Below the pieces are notes generated by a model. It was given only the letters and a program-made list of their open reading frames with translations, did not search any database and was not told the origin of the DNA. A stretch of DNA of 64,000 nucleotides. Source: a virus (lineage: Duplodnaviria; Caudoviricetes). Shown one piece after another: positions 49,892-60,183 of the stretch (positions are counted from its first letter, which is position 1; each line of letters begins with the position of its first letter). Location: the IMG/VR virus record IMGVR_UViG_3300030330_004154, positions 33,556 to 97,555 of that record; one strand, given 5' to 3'. Position numbers and translations under genes: made by a program.

Positions 49892-50899
49892 TTAGAATGA
49901 ACCCAAGAGGACTCTTCTGTTGTCAAGAACGCCAAAGCCAAGTTCAGCGAATCCATAGTAACCTGCTCTTTGCTGTCTATGAAGAGTAGGATCTTCAAAG
50001 ACTTGAACAGCTTGCTTCATTGGCATAACAAAGCTATCGTTAGCGCCTTGGTCAAGACCAACCACCAACTCAGCGTCACCACTAGCAAGGCCACCACTAA
50101 GAGAAGTAGTGAAGAAGTCTTGATACTCTTGACCTTCGCCAAGCTCATCAAGGTCATGAAGCGCAACACCAAATACATTGGTGATAGGAGCGCCATCGCC
50201 ACCCGCATTGTAGATAGCGGTTCTGGTTGCGTCAGAAATCTGATCGAATCCCCAGTTACGGACATCTTCAAGAGCCTCTGGAGAAACATAAAGGTCGGTC
50301 AGACGACCACGATTTGCGGAACCAGTATTACCGCCAGCGTTACGACGCATAACAGTCTGCAACAAGCTAACAAGTCTCTTTGAGAACATGCCAGCGGTTG
50401 CGTCACCGTCGTAAACCAAAATGTTACGGTCAACACCAGCAGCAAGGAGTGTGTGCCATCCGTCGTCATTCATTTTCTTGACGAATCCGGCTTCCAGAAC
50501 TTGCATAGCGCGACCAACAATGTCCCAACGAGCCTCACGCGCAAAGCGCAGCAAGTAGTCAATGCTACTTGTGATGCTGTAAGTTGGAATCATGACGTAA
50601 TCGCCTTCGACCGATCTCTCAGGAACGCGACCATGACCCGGATTGGTGTAAGCAACATGCTCACCCTCAAGTCCGGGGCTAATGAGATCCAATGGATACT
50701 CAGTACTTCCGCCCGGCTCGACTTGAATGGTCTCAAAAATATCTCCAAGGATATTTCCAACCAAAACGCCTTTACGCAGAGGAAGCTCCAAAGCTTGTGC
50801 AAACTCTCTTTGAGCGGCAAAAGCTACATTTTGATCGTTATCACCAGAGCGGCGAAGCAATGTGATAAACTCTTCACTTGGTCTTTCTTTATATGACAT
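49892..50899 (-). CDS. major capsid protein (HK97 fold), 335 aa
   Basis: Follows portal, protease and decoration genes; strong AGGAG RBS; distinct codon usage; downstream terminator; C-terminal GYYGFAELGFGVLD strand. Confidence 0.85.
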   Translation of the reverse strand: MSYKERPSEEFITLLRRSGDNDQNVAFAAQREFAQALELPLRKGVLVGNILGDIFETIQVEPGGSTEYPLDLISPGLEGEHVAYTNPGHGRVPERSVEGDYVMIPTYSITSSIDYLLRFAREARWDIVGRAMQVLEAGFVKKMNDDGWHTLLAAGVDRNILVYDGDATAGMFSKRLVSLLQTVMRRNAGGNTGSANRGRLTDLYVSPEALEDVRNWGFDQISDATRTAIYNAGGDGAPITNVFGVALHDLDELGEGQEYQDFFTTSLSGGLASGDAELVVGLDQGANDSFVMPMKQAVQVFEDPTLHRQQRAGYYGFAELGFGVLDNRRVLLGSF

Positions 50900-50926
50900 T
50901 GTATTTATCTCCTGTTAGGTTAATGT

Positions 50927-51418
50927 TCAGCTAAGGCCGTGGTTAGGAAGGTTTACGTAAACTTTAGCGTAACCGTCTGCGTCTTTGTTAGACATGAAAC
51001 GACCAATAGCCAAGTTTCCAGATGCCTGTGCAGTACCAGCTAGCACCGAAATGTTACCTTTCGTTGCTGAATCTGCATAAGCTACCTGACCGGGAGTTGG
51101 TGATCCAGTAATGTTACTTGTAACAACCCAACCGCGAGTCATGATAGTAACCTTGCCACCTTTTTGAACTTCATCTTTATGTTGGTTAAGATGGGTTCTT
51201 GTCAGGTCTTTATTTACAACGTCATTCAACAGAATTCCTACAGGAACGTCTGTTGCTGTTGCTGTCTTATACTTAACTTTGTTTCCACCTTGGTCCATTG
51301 CTGCACCAGAAGCAAGCGCTGCATCTAGGACAACAACGCCGCCACGGGTGGCAGTGTCATCATCATAGAAGAAGCTAATGTCTGTGGATTCTTCGTATCT
51401 ATCTGCTTTAAGAGCCAT
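50927..51418 (-). CDS. capsid decoration/cement protein (163 aa)
   Basis: Between scaffold and MCP; PVGILLNDV...VTIMTRGWVVT...PTPGQVAY...IGRF pattern. Confidence 0.7.
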   Translation of the reverse strand: MALKADRYEESTDISFFYDDDTATRGGVVVLDAALASGAAMDQGGNKVKYKTATATDVPVGILLNDVVNKDLTRTHLNQHKDEVQKGGKVTIMTRGWVVTSNITGSPTPGQVAYADSATKGNISVLAGTAQASGNLAIGRFMSNKDADGYAKVYVNLPNHGLS

Positions 51419-51437
51419 AGTTTAATCTCCTATTTAA

Positions 51438-52898
51438 TTATTTTTGTGAGAATACGTTATTTGAAAGCCAGTCCGCAATACTAGCGCGAGTTGACTCAAG
51501 CTGGTCATCAGAGCTTTCGGTTACAAGAGTAGCTTCAGATGTTTCTACTTCTTCAAAAGCTTCCGGTGTGATTTCCTCTGCTTCAGCTTCTTCGTCATCA
51601 GCTTTAGCTTCTTTTTCCTTTTTCTTTTCAAGTGCTTCTTTCAGCGCTGGAGGCATAGCAGCTTCTGCTTCGTCGTCTTTTTTCAAACCTTTTACCGGCG
51701 GCTTTCTTCCGTACATAGCAGCAACAGCCAAAAAAGCTTCGTCGTCAAGAGTTTCAAAAGCAGCAAGTGCTGCATCTAGATCATCTTGATCAAATCCAGC
51801 CTCTACAAGAGCAGCTTTACGCTTCTCCATCTTTTCCTTTTTCTTCATGTCGTCCATCTCTTTCATGGCGACAGAAAGCTCTTCTTGTGACTTATTCAGT
51901 GCGTCCTCAAGTTCAGCAACGCGAGCTTGACTGCTCTTGATGCTTTCCTCAAGTTCAGCAACGCTTGAGTCTTTTTCTTGAATTTCAGCTTCAAAAGCCT
52001 CTACCTTGGAAGCAAATTCTTTATCTTTTGCTTCTTCAATTTTAGCTTTAATAGCTTCGTTCTCAGCCTTAGCAGTAGCAAGTTCAGCGCGAACTTCTTC
52101 CAACTGCTTTTCTAGCAAATTATCTGACATATTGAATTCTCCTATATTAAAATCAGAATTGTCATCTAAATTGAAAGCAACACTCTTTAAAATAACACTT
52201 CTTGGATTCGCTGGCTTGGAGACAAGCCCTTTACCAGAAAAAGCAATGTTAGAAAGTGCGCGACCTAGTTTATAACCTTCATATTCTCCACTACCGCCGT
52301 AAGCTCTAAGGTGTTTTGTTAGGAAGGAAGATTCTTCGTCCCTTGCCAAAATTTTCTTGTCGCCGTTGGCGTTAGTTAACGCATAATCAAATCCGGCAAA
52401 TAGACATTCCATAGAAACATACCATTTACCTTCTTCTATTTCAGAGATTATTTTCTCCATTCTCTCGCGATTTTCGTCACCAGTCCAGCTATTATATAGA
52501 ACAGCTTGAGTGATGATATCAAAATCTTCAGGCATTTCTGAGTCATCAGCTACAGCCTTACCATCTTTTGTTAAAACATAACTACCAGTAATATGCCCGA
52601 TAATATCATTTTCATCGTGCATGAAATTAAACTGTTTGTCTTCAGGTGTGTTTCTAGCTGCCCAAGTAGCTTGTGGCATAAACACGTCGTCGTTTTTGTT
52701 CCAACCGCAAGATACCAATACCGACTCTAAATAATAGAGATCTATTTGGTCTTTGTTTTCAGCTACTGCCTTTGCAACAATTTCTTCAGGAATTTCCTTT
52801 TGAACAGTTGCTTCAGAGCAGTACGCAACACTAGCCGTACTCTTTACGAGTTCGCCAATGCCGTCATTTATTTCGTTTTGGAATATTTTTATAGTCAT
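51438..52898 (-). CDS. prohead protease fused to coiled-coil scaffold (486 aa)
   Basis: N-terminal NFMHDE..IIGH...VSMEC...GLVSKPA protease-like motifs; acidic coiled-coil C-terminal half; position after portal. Confidence 0.75.
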   Translation of the reverse strand: MTIKIFQNEINDGIGELVKSTASVAYCSEATVQKEIPEEIVAKAVAENKDQIDLYYLESVLVSCGWNKNDDVFMPQATWAARNTPEDKQFNFMHDENDIIGHITGSYVLTKDGKAVADDSEMPEDFDIITQAVLYNSWTGDENRERMEKIISEIEEGKWYVSMECLFAGFDYALTNANGDKKILARDEESSFLTKHLRAYGGSGEYEGYKLGRALSNIAFSGKGLVSKPANPRSVILKSVAFNLDDNSDFNIGEFNMSDNLLEKQLEEVRAELATAKAENEAIKAKIEEAKDKEFASKVEAFEAEIQEKDSSVAELEESIKSSQARVAELEDALNKSQEELSVAMKEMDDMKKKEKMEKRKAALVEAGFDQDDLDAALAAFETLDDEAFLAVAAMYGRKPPVKGLKKDDEAEAAMPPALKEALEKKKEKEAKADDEEAEAEEITPEAFEEVETSEATLVTESSDDQLESTRASIADWLSNNVFSQK

Positions 52899-52915
52899 AG
52901 TTTACCTCTAAAATA

Positions 52916-52924
52916 AATATACAC
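52916..52924 (-). promoter_or_regulatory. putative late promoter motif GTGTATATT
   Basis: Intergenic, ~18 nt upstream of the protease ATG. Confidence 0.6.
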
Positions 52925-52951
52925 TAAAAAATTTATTTTTATTAAAAGAGG

Positions 52952-54970
52952 CTATTTTTGGGCTAAGACATAATCTACATAGGCTGCCAAGGCTGACCTT
53001 TTATATTCTTCCATAGTCATATATTCTGTAGATATTTTATTCTTTTGTAGGTAATTTCCGAATGTATTTGGCATTTTTTTATTAGCATGTAGAACTTCTT
53101 TAAAGTTATCTTCAGTAATATTAGATAATGGTTCTACATTTAAGAGCATATCTAGCTTAACTTTTTCCAGATCTGAAACTTGAGCTTTTGTTAAAGATCT
53201 CATGTTCTTCTTTTTGTTTATAGCTAGAAATGCTTTATTGAAGTTTTCAGATATTGTATCGTAGGCGGTAGCAGACCATAGTATAAGTTCTGCAACTCCG
53301 GGAGTAGATCTTGGAGTGTCAACCCTTTGTTTTCTTGGGCCTTCATCCAGCTTGTTTGGCGGGCGACCGTTTGGATTTACAGGCTTTGACTGTTCTTTTC
53401 TTTCTGCAACCTTCTCATTTATTTCCGCTTGTTTGTCCATCTTTTCTATTTCAAAACCTTTCTGTGGGTTATGGAAAGGGCTAGCTTTTTCAGGGAGTTT
53501 ATCTGAGGTTCTTGCTTTATCTTCTCTGCGCAGTCTCATTTTTTCTACGGAAGGAACTTCTTTGAACCTTTCAAGGACAGTTTCGTGAGATATAATATCC
53601 CTATCTGCAAGCTGAATTAGCAGGTTCTTTTCTGCTGACTCATCAGACAGGCTCATTTGATCGTAAACAACGTGTGCTGGCTTTCTAAAGCCCATAGCTT
53701 TACGAACTAGCTCAAGTTCTCTTTCCCAGAACTTAGTTAATTGGTCACGACCATATTGCAGTCTTTCTACTAAGGTTTTCAAAGAAATGAAGTTGTTTGT
53801 AAATCCACCTCCATTATTAGCCATCCCCGTAAGTGTTGGAGGTACGCCAAGTCCAGCGTATATACTATTAAGTACAGATGTATACTTTTCTGAACCCAAA
53901 AACTTATATACTTGACTGTTAGACTCAGTATATGAAAGCTCTGGACCCCAAACTAACTCCATAGTACCACCACCAGTATTACTGGCTAATACATTTCTCA
54001 GCTTGTTGATGGCAGCTTTATTTGGAAGAATTTTGTGATCAAGATTACCCAGTGTCCACAGTCTAATATTTGATATAGCACCATCTAGGGCAGACATATC
54101 AGCTAGTCTCATTTTTTCAAGCATTACGATATCGTCAAGAATAGCATAAACCAAAGGGTTTGCCCATCTTTGCCAATCGTCTTTTTTGTAATAGAATATG
54201 GACAATCTATCTTTTTCTAGGTCTATTTTCTTTTGGCCGACCTTGATTGCTTGTTTTACATTTGGGGGTAATGTGTCTAGCACATGCGCTGGAACAGAAC
54301 CTTCTTTGAAATTATCTAAGAAAGCGCCAGAATCTATTTCATAGTTTCTAACACCTAAGAACATATTGATATTACCATTCTTCATGTCAATGTTTAGAGG
54401 GTTAAAGAAATTATATCTCCAAGGTATTTGGTTGCGCTCTATCTCTGGTAATTGTACAGTAATGTCACTAGCCATAGATTTAATATATTTAGTAATGTCT
54501 GGTGTTATATTGGCATTACTTCTATAAACTATGGTCTGACCTGTTCTGTAAAGATTATTCAGGAATCTTTCTGACCTTTCTTTACCGTCAATCTTTTTAA
54601 ACCACTGCTTGAAAAACTTTTCTACACTTTCATTTTCGTGTACAATGTTGATACCTTGGCAACCAAAATCACCCATTAGGTCAATAATATTGCGTATAAT
54701 TCCAACCTTATCGTAGGCATCCATGCACATTTTTATAATGCGCTTCTGCTTGGTTGGGACTTGCTCTTCTGGCCTGAATGCATAGTAGTCTTGGTATGTA
54801 AACGCAGGGCGAACTGAGCGATTCGGCTCTACATCAATAAAATCCCTATGGTATCGAGAAGCTTTTGATACGCCCTCGTATGCCTCCAGCGACCCAGAGA
54901 ACTCCTCAAATGCATCTTTTTTGCTCTGTTGATTGCCTTCGTCCCAAGTTATTATATGATTGTCGCTCAT
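52952..54970 (-). CDS. portal protein
   Basis: Between terminase and protease; IIRNIIDLMGDF, IYAGLGVPPTL, DRDIISHETVLE. Likely start ATG 54970 with GGAG. Confidence 0.85.
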   Translation of the reverse strand: MSDNHIITWDEGNQQSKKDAFEEFSGSLEAYEGVSKASRYHRDFIDVEPNRSVRPAFTYQDYYAFRPEEQVPTKQKRIIKMCMDAYDKVGIIRNIIDLMGDFGCQGINIVHENESVEKFFKQWFKKIDGKERSERFLNNLYRTGQTIVYRSNANITPDITKYIKSMASDITVQLPEIERNQIPWRYNFFNPLNIDMKNGNINMFLGVRNYEIDSGAFLDNFKEGSVPAHVLDTLPPNVKQAIKVGQKKIDLEKDRLSIFYYKKDDWQRWANPLVYAILDDIVMLEKMRLADMSALDGAISNIRLWTLGNLDHKILPNKAAINKLRNVLASNTGGGTMELVWGPELSYTESNSQVYKFLGSEKYTSVLNSIYAGLGVPPTLTGMANNGGGFTNNFISLKTLVERLQYGRDQLTKFWERELELVRKAMGFRKPAHVVYDQMSLSDESAEKNLLIQLADRDIISHETVLERFKEVPSVEKMRLRREDKARTSDKLPEKASPFHNPQKGFEIEKMDKQAEINEKVAERKEQSKPVNPNGRPPNKLDEGPRKQRVDTPRSTPGVAELILWSATAYDTISENFNKAFLAINKKKNMRSLTKAQVSDLEKVKLDMLLNVEPLSNITEDNFKEVLHANKKMPNTFGNYLQKNKISTEYMTMEEYKRSALAAYVDYVLAQK

Positions 54971-55011
54971 TGTTTCTCCAAGCAATTGGAATGGAATTGG
55001 AATACATTTAT

Positions 55012-55020
55012 ATTATACAC
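55012..55020 (-). promoter_or_regulatory. putative late promoter motif GTGTATAAT
   Basis: 1 nt after the terminase stop, ~42 nt upstream of the portal ATG. Confidence 0.65.
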
Positions 55021-55021
55021 G

Positions 55022-57013
55022 TTAATAGACATCTTTCATAGAATTTGTAAACCAACTTGGACCTACATACATATTTTTCTCTTTATCTTTAGATTTAGTA
55101 CCTGTAGCAAAACCTCCATAAAAATTATACTCAGCTTGTTCTGGGGTTCTATCTATAATTCTAGCTGCCATGTTAGCCATAAGTAGAGATGAGTACCTAT
55201 CCTTTCTTTGTTTGCCTTTCTTACCAGTTCCAACAACGGTCTCTGGAGTATCCCACTTGTCTCTACCAGAAGCGGTTTGTGTCATTTGTATCATAGCTAG
55301 CTCGTCTTTTAACTCTTCTATCTCCATTACGCACTGCTCTAGCGTGTCAAACAGTCTTCCTTTTACAGCATCTTCTGCGCTAGATATGCCAAGGCTGACA
55401 GAATCAAAGCGTGGAAACAGAAGCGCTTTATCTTCAAAGTCTTTTCTCATTCCGTGATTTGCTTCAGCAAGCCATTCGTGTTTTGCAAATTGACACATCT
55501 CTAGTATGTGTAAACCTTGCTCTCCGTCTGTATCTTTAGGCTTGTCTTCATTGATAACGGGCCAGATGGGTAGTTCGCCATCTTCTATTTTATCTTTGTC
55601 GTGCAAGCCCTCCATGACGGCAATACCACCACCTTGAGCATCCAGAGCTATATGTGCGCATGGGAATAACTTCATAAGATCTCGTATTTTTCTAACGCAA
55701 TAAGAATAAAAGTCAGTTTCTTTGGAGTAACCCCTTTTGACCTTTTCTTTATGTTCGCCCCTGTTTGTTGTCCAACAGTGAACAATTCTTCTATGGCCTT
55801 TATGTATCTCTAATACAACTATACTAAAGTTGTCTACCTCAGACGCAGGGTCAATACCAAATACATATTTCTTATCTTTATCACCCATTAATTTAGCTTC
55901 AAACACAATTGGTTCTTTATCTATGTTTAATATCGCCTCATTGTTGTCGTTACCTTCATTAGCTACACAAGACTCTATCAGCGTCCTCTTGAAGAAGCCC
56001 TGAGAATCGCGCGTAAAGCAAGCGCCAAACTCCATTTGATATATACCAGCATGAACCGTTGCCTTTGATCTAGCGACCTGTGAGGCATCCATAAAGCCCT
56101 CTGGGAGTAATTCATAAGGTATACGAATAATAGAGTAGTCTTTCCAGTTGAAGTCTTTAGGAGGGTCTTCACCAAAAATATCTCTAAGTCTAGCTTGTCG
56201 TCCTTGACTTTTAATTATAGCTTTCCACTTTTTCCAATAGTCAGCGAAATGGTTAAAGTCATAATATGCAGTACCACTCAGTATAATTTGGTTGTCCTTC
56301 TTTTCTATTGCATCTTCTGTAGCCTCTTCTATTTCTATTCCAAGCTCTGCTGCTTTTTTCCTTGCAGCAATTTTCTTAACGTTCTCAATGGGATCTGAAC
56401 TAACCGCAGCGAAACCAGCGACAACTGTCTCAAATATATCTCGCGGGATTGATGCAAACTCATCAGATATAATATCATTAGCACGCTGACCTCTAATTTT
56501 TTGTCCGTCTCCCAGAGGAAGACAAGTAACACGGGATTTATTAATCCGCATAACACAACGGTCCACATCTCTACGTGGTCCACTACTCGCATCGCACATA
56601 CTCCTTAAAATTGGTGCATTGTTCCAAATTGTTTCCATGTACTCAAATAGCACCTTAGATTGCCTAAAAGCAGCGCCTACAACAACCACTTTTCTTTCAG
56701 GTAAGATCAAGGCTCTAATCATAGAGTATAGAGATAATATAAATGATTTACCAAATCCACGACTTGCTATAAGCATAGGGAATTTTCTATTCCACATCTC
56801 ACATAGAAATAAAGCCTGTGATGGTAGTATATTAATATTAAATACATGTTTACATAAAAAAGAAAAATATTCTGGCCTTGTCATTAGCCATATTAGGCGT
56901 AAATGATAGTCTTCGTCATTTAAAGAAACCATTTGGAAAGGATTTATTAGCTCGTCTTTATTTACATCGTCAAGGTTAAGCCAAGCTTCATCTATATTTT
57001 TTAAGTTACTCAT
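55022..57013 (-). CDS. terL: terminase large subunit
   Basis: Walker A ASRGFGKS; IRGQRA..IISDEF (Walker B); RNase H-like FGIDPA...DNFS; C-terminal KDRYSS. Confidence 0.92.
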   Translation of the reverse strand: MSNLKNIDEAWLNLDDVNKDELINPFQMVSLNDEDYHLRLIWLMTRPEYFSFLCKHVFNINILPSQALFLCEMWNRKFPMLIASRGFGKSFILSLYSMIRALILPERKVVVVGAAFRQSKVLFEYMETIWNNAPILRSMCDASSGPRRDVDRCVMRINKSRVTCLPLGDGQKIRGQRANDIISDEFASIPRDIFETVVAGFAAVSSDPIENVKKIAARKKAAELGIEIEEATEDAIEKKDNQIILSGTAYYDFNHFADYWKKWKAIIKSQGRQARLRDIFGEDPPKDFNWKDYSIIRIPYELLPEGFMDASQVARSKATVHAGIYQMEFGACFTRDSQGFFKRTLIESCVANEGNDNNEAILNIDKEPIVFEAKLMGDKDKKYVFGIDPASEVDNFSIVVLEIHKGHRRIVHCWTTNRGEHKEKVKRGYSKETDFYSYCVRKIRDLMKLFPCAHIALDAQGGGIAVMEGLHDKDKIEDGELPIWPVINEDKPKDTDGEQGLHILEMCQFAKHEWLAEANHGMRKDFEDKALLFPRFDSVSLGISSAEDAVKGRLFDTLEQCVMEIEELKDELAMIQMTQTASGRDKWDTPETVVGTGKKGKQRKDRYSSLLMANMAARIIDRTPEQAEYNFYGGFATGTKSKDKEKNMYVGPSWFTNSMKDVY

Positions 57014-57624
57014 TTGTAAATTCCATCGACAAACCCGTAGTACACAGCTTCATCCGCTGTCATATACCAGTCACCGTTTCCTAGTTTTCTTTTTATGTAT
57101 GATTTAGTTTTAGATAAGTTATTTTGACGTTCTTTAAAGTACTCTCCAGTTTTCTGACATCTTTCTGCATAGATTTCTACCATCTGCTGGGCAGTATACT
57201 TTTCAAAATCTGCAATGTTTTGCGCCGTTAAATAGTGTCCACTTATTTCACTACTACCCCAGTGAACCATAAAAGCAGAGTTGTCAGTTATTAAACGTCT
57301 TGTTGCGGCCTGTATAATGACAGTACCCATAGAACACAACTGGCCGTATCCTATAAAGGTAGTTTTACATTTAGAGTTTTTTATAGCATCGTATATACCC
57401 ATACCAGAATACCAACAGCCGCCTACTGTCTGCATATGTATAGTGATAGGATCTCTACTTAAATTTTTTAGTATATTTATATTTTTAACAAAGTTTTGAA
57501 GCATTCTATGATCGACACCTCCAGTCTCTCCAGAATCATCAAACTCGTTTATGTATATCTCTCTATTCTTGACATCTATATTGTAAGTGTGGATTTCTCC
57601 AACGGTGTCCCGAAATGTTGTCAT
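57010..57624 (-). CDS. ClpP-like (S14) serine protease
   Basis: ITIHMQTVGG...GMGIYDAI...CSMGTVI (Ser)...FMVH (His)...DWYMTADEAVYYGFVD. Confidence 0.88.
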   Translation of the reverse strand: MTTFRDTVGEIHTYNIDVKNREIYINEFDDSGETGGVDHRMLQNFVKNINILKNLSRDPITIHMQTVGGCWYSGMGIYDAIKNSKCKTTFIGYGQLCSMGTVIIQAATRRLITDNSAFMVHWGSSEISGHYLTAQNIADFEKYTAQQMVEIYAERCQKTGEYFKERQNNLSKTKSYIKRKLGNGDWYMTADEAVYYGFVDGIYK

Positions 57625-57626
57625 GG

Positions 57627-58124
57627 CTACTCCAGTGCATACTTTTCATTTATTCTTTTTAAAATACTAAGCACAGTCCATTTAGCGTTTTTCTTTGAGT
57701 CGCAGAATATAACATTTACATTATGATTTATTTGCATCTCCATAAGAAATCTTAACATATATTTATTTGTGACTCTAAGTTTTTTGATCTCACTATTTGG
57801 TACATCTGAACCCTCTGGAAAGTCCATTAAGTCAGTTAGTGAAAATTCTAAAACTAGAAATTTATGAGGAAATTCTTTCATCCTTTCAATTTCTGCTTCA
57901 AATCTTTTCCTGCTTATGCCTACATTGTTAGCAAGCTCTACAACGCTAGCCTTCCTTTCTATACATATCTTGTCTTCAAGTCCTTCAATGCTATAATCAC
58001 CAGTGTCTAGCTTTCTATTTACCATGCCTTTACAGACATGATATTTAGTCCTAGATGCTGCAAATGTATATCCTTGTTTTTCTCTTGTGTCTTTTATGAT
58101 TGTAAAAGGTCTAATTTTAGCCAT
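57627..58124 (-). CDS. ERCC4/XPF-like nuclease
   Basis: DTREK...LDTGDYS...IERK motif. Confidence 0.85.
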   Translation of the reverse strand: MAKIRPFTIIKDTREKQGYTFAASRTKYHVCKGMVNRKLDTGDYSIEGLEDKICIERKASVVELANNVGISRKRFEAEIERMKEFPHKFLVLEFSLTDLMDFPEGSDVPNSEIKKLRVTNKYMLRFLMEMQINHNVNVIFCDSKKNAKWTVLSILKRINEKYALE

Positions 58125-58386
58125 TGTTTTTTCTCACTATACTTTGAAATAATGATTGATAAACGCTTTCGTGTCCTGTTACTTTTTTATGACACCAATA
58201 GCATAATGTAATACCATTATCAACATCAAATCTCAATGCAGAAGCGCTAGCCCATTTTTGTATGTGGTGTGCGTTCAAGCGTTTTTTGCTTTTACATCCG
58301 GGCATTTGACATTTAAAGTCGTCCCTTTTGTATACTTTGATTCTCCAGTCTTTGTAAACAGGGTCATTAAAATCTCTTTTTGTCAT
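58117..58386 (-). CDS. HNH endonuclease (possibly terminase-associated)
   Basis: RDDFKCQMPGC...AHHI...NGITLCYWCH. Confidence 0.88.
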   Translation of the reverse strand: MTKRDFNDPVYKDWRIKVYKRDDFKCQMPGCKSKKRLNAHHIQKWASASALRFDVDNGITLCYWCHKKVTGHESVYQSLFQSIVRKNNG

Positions 58387-59453
58387 GCTAGATCGCTCAT
58401 CACCATCATCTTAACAAGATCTTCAAAAGTATGCTTGGGTGTCCAACCTAGTTTTTCCTTGGCTTTTGAGCAATCACCTCTTAGGTAATCTACTTCCGCT
58501 GGCCTATAAAACTCTGGGTCCACAACAACAAGCTCTTCCCAATCGTGTATTCCAACAGAGTTAAAGGCTATGGATAAAAATTCTCTTACTGTATGAGTTT
58601 CTCCCGTACAAATCACATAGTCATCTGGCTCATCCTGTTGCAGCATCATCCACATAGCTTCGCAGTAGTCCCCAGCAAAACCCCAGTCTCTATATGCATC
58701 AAGATTTCCAAGTCTTAGTTTTGGAAATTTCAATTCTTTTGTAATGTATATTTCATCATCATTGATTGATAAGTCAGATAGTCCTTTTGGAGATATATCA
58801 TTAGTCATACACCATTTAATAAAATCGCCAATCCATTTAGTAATCTTTCTAGTGACAAAATTCTCACCACGCCTTGGTCCTTCGTGGTTAAATAATATAC
58901 CTGCGCTAGCGTGTAGTCCGTAACCTTCTCTGTAAAGCCTAGTCATGTAGTGTGCGGCACATTTAGATATCGCATAGGGACTTTGAGGAAGGAACTTTGT
59001 TTCTTCATTTTGGTATTTACTTTCACTGGTCATGCCAAGTTCAATGTCGTAATTTTTTCCAAACATTTCACTGCTACTTGCTTGGTAAAATCTAGTGTTT
59101 GTCATTCCAAGGTCGGCTAGCCCTTGCAAGATGTTAAGACATCCCTTACCTGTTATATCCCAAGTTAGCGCGGGTTGTTTAAATGAAACAGCAACGTGGC
59201 TTTGCGCAGCTAGGTTATATACTTCTGCGGAATCTTGGTGGTCTTTTAAAATATTTATTATAGAATGTGCGTCCGTTAGGTCTCCACTTACTATCGTTAG
59301 ATTTTCATTGTCTAGAAGATGGCGTATCCTAGATTTAGTATCTACGCTAACCCTTCTGGCAACTCCCACGACTTGATATTCTTTTTCTAGAAGTAGCTCT
59401 GCCAAATGGCTTCCGTCTTGTCCGGTGATTCCAAAAATGATTGCTTTTTTCAT
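58383..59453 (-). CDS. gmd: GDP-mannose 4,6-dehydratase
   Basis: GITGQDGS, YNLAAQSHV, YQASSSEMFG, PQSPYAISK, GILFNHE, FVTRKIT, LGNLDAYRDWG, RPAEVD. Confidence 0.96.
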   Translation of the reverse strand: MKKAIIFGITGQDGSHLAELLLEKEYQVVGVARRVSVDTKSRIRHLLDNENLTIVSGDLTDAHSIINILKDHQDSAEVYNLAAQSHVAVSFKQPALTWDITGKGCLNILQGLADLGMTNTRFYQASSSEMFGKNYDIELGMTSESKYQNEETKFLPQSPYAISKCAAHYMTRLYREGYGLHASAGILFNHEGPRRGENFVTRKITKWIGDFIKWCMTNDISPKGLSDLSINDDEIYITKELKFPKLRLGNLDAYRDWGFAGDYCEAMWMMLQQDEPDDYVICTGETHTVREFLSIAFNSVGIHDWEELVVVDPEFYRPAEVDYLRGDCSKAKEKLGWTPKHTFEDLVKMMVMSDLA

Positions 59454-59574
59454 ATTCCTAAAGTTCCTTAATTTTAATTTATTTCTAAGAGAAATACAAT
59501 ATTATTATGTGTGCTTAAATGTCCGATGGTCTCATAAGAATCCAGAAGCTTATGATGTAATGTTTCGCTGTGTG

Positions 59575-60183
59575 TTAATCTATTATAAATTCATCCAATT
59601 CAAAATTTGTTACTGGTCTAGTGTGTCCGTCTGTCTGAAAAAATACTGGACCCTTCTTGGGTGTTAGAAATAATTCTTTATGAGAATCGTAGGCTAACTC
59701 TTTGTCGTGCCAGTTTGTTACTTCTATTGATTTTTCGCAAAGGTTTATGTAGTATTTTGCAGAGTCTTGCGTTGGTAATAGTATGGCATGTGCTGCCAGT
59801 GAATTTTTTACTCTATAATAATCTTCATCGTATGTTTTTAGTTCAAGCTTACCGTGTCCTGAGTTGTATAAACTCAATCCGAAATAAATTAATTTAGCAT
59901 CTTCATTGATGTCTAAATCAAAAGGAAATTCATCCAATAACTCAGCATCATCCTCTAGTATTAAACATGGTAATTTATTGTTATCTATTGCTATTTGCGA
60001 AGCTTCTTTATGTCCACCGGAAACTATATTTACAGTTGCGCTACCGTCTTGCGCTGGCACTGGTACTCTTTCGTATGGAAGCCCTAGATTTGTAAGTTTT
60101 TCCTCCATATGTTCTCTTTTGCCGTTGAATGCTGGCTTTTCAGAGTTTATGTAAAATATATTTAAATCGGAACATTTACTCAT
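59575..60183 (-). CDS. GT25-like glycosyltransferase
   Basis: IFYIN...KREHM...H...LILEDDA...AHAIL pattern. Confidence 0.7.
   Translation of the reverse strand: MSKCSDLNIFYINSEKPAFNGKREHMEEKLTNLGLPYERVPVPAQDGSATVNIVSGGHKEASQIAIDNNKLPCLILEDDAELLDEFPFDLDINEDAKLIYFGLSLYNSGHGKLELKTYDEDYYRVKNSLAAHAILLPTQDSAKYYINLCEKSIEVTNWHDKELAYDSHKELFLTPKKGPVFFQTDGHTRPVTNFELDEFIID

Noticed and set aside
55022-57013. Intein or intron in terminase, portal or capsid genes
   Set aside because: ORFs are continuous, with no intein splice-junction or LAGLIDADG motifs seen.
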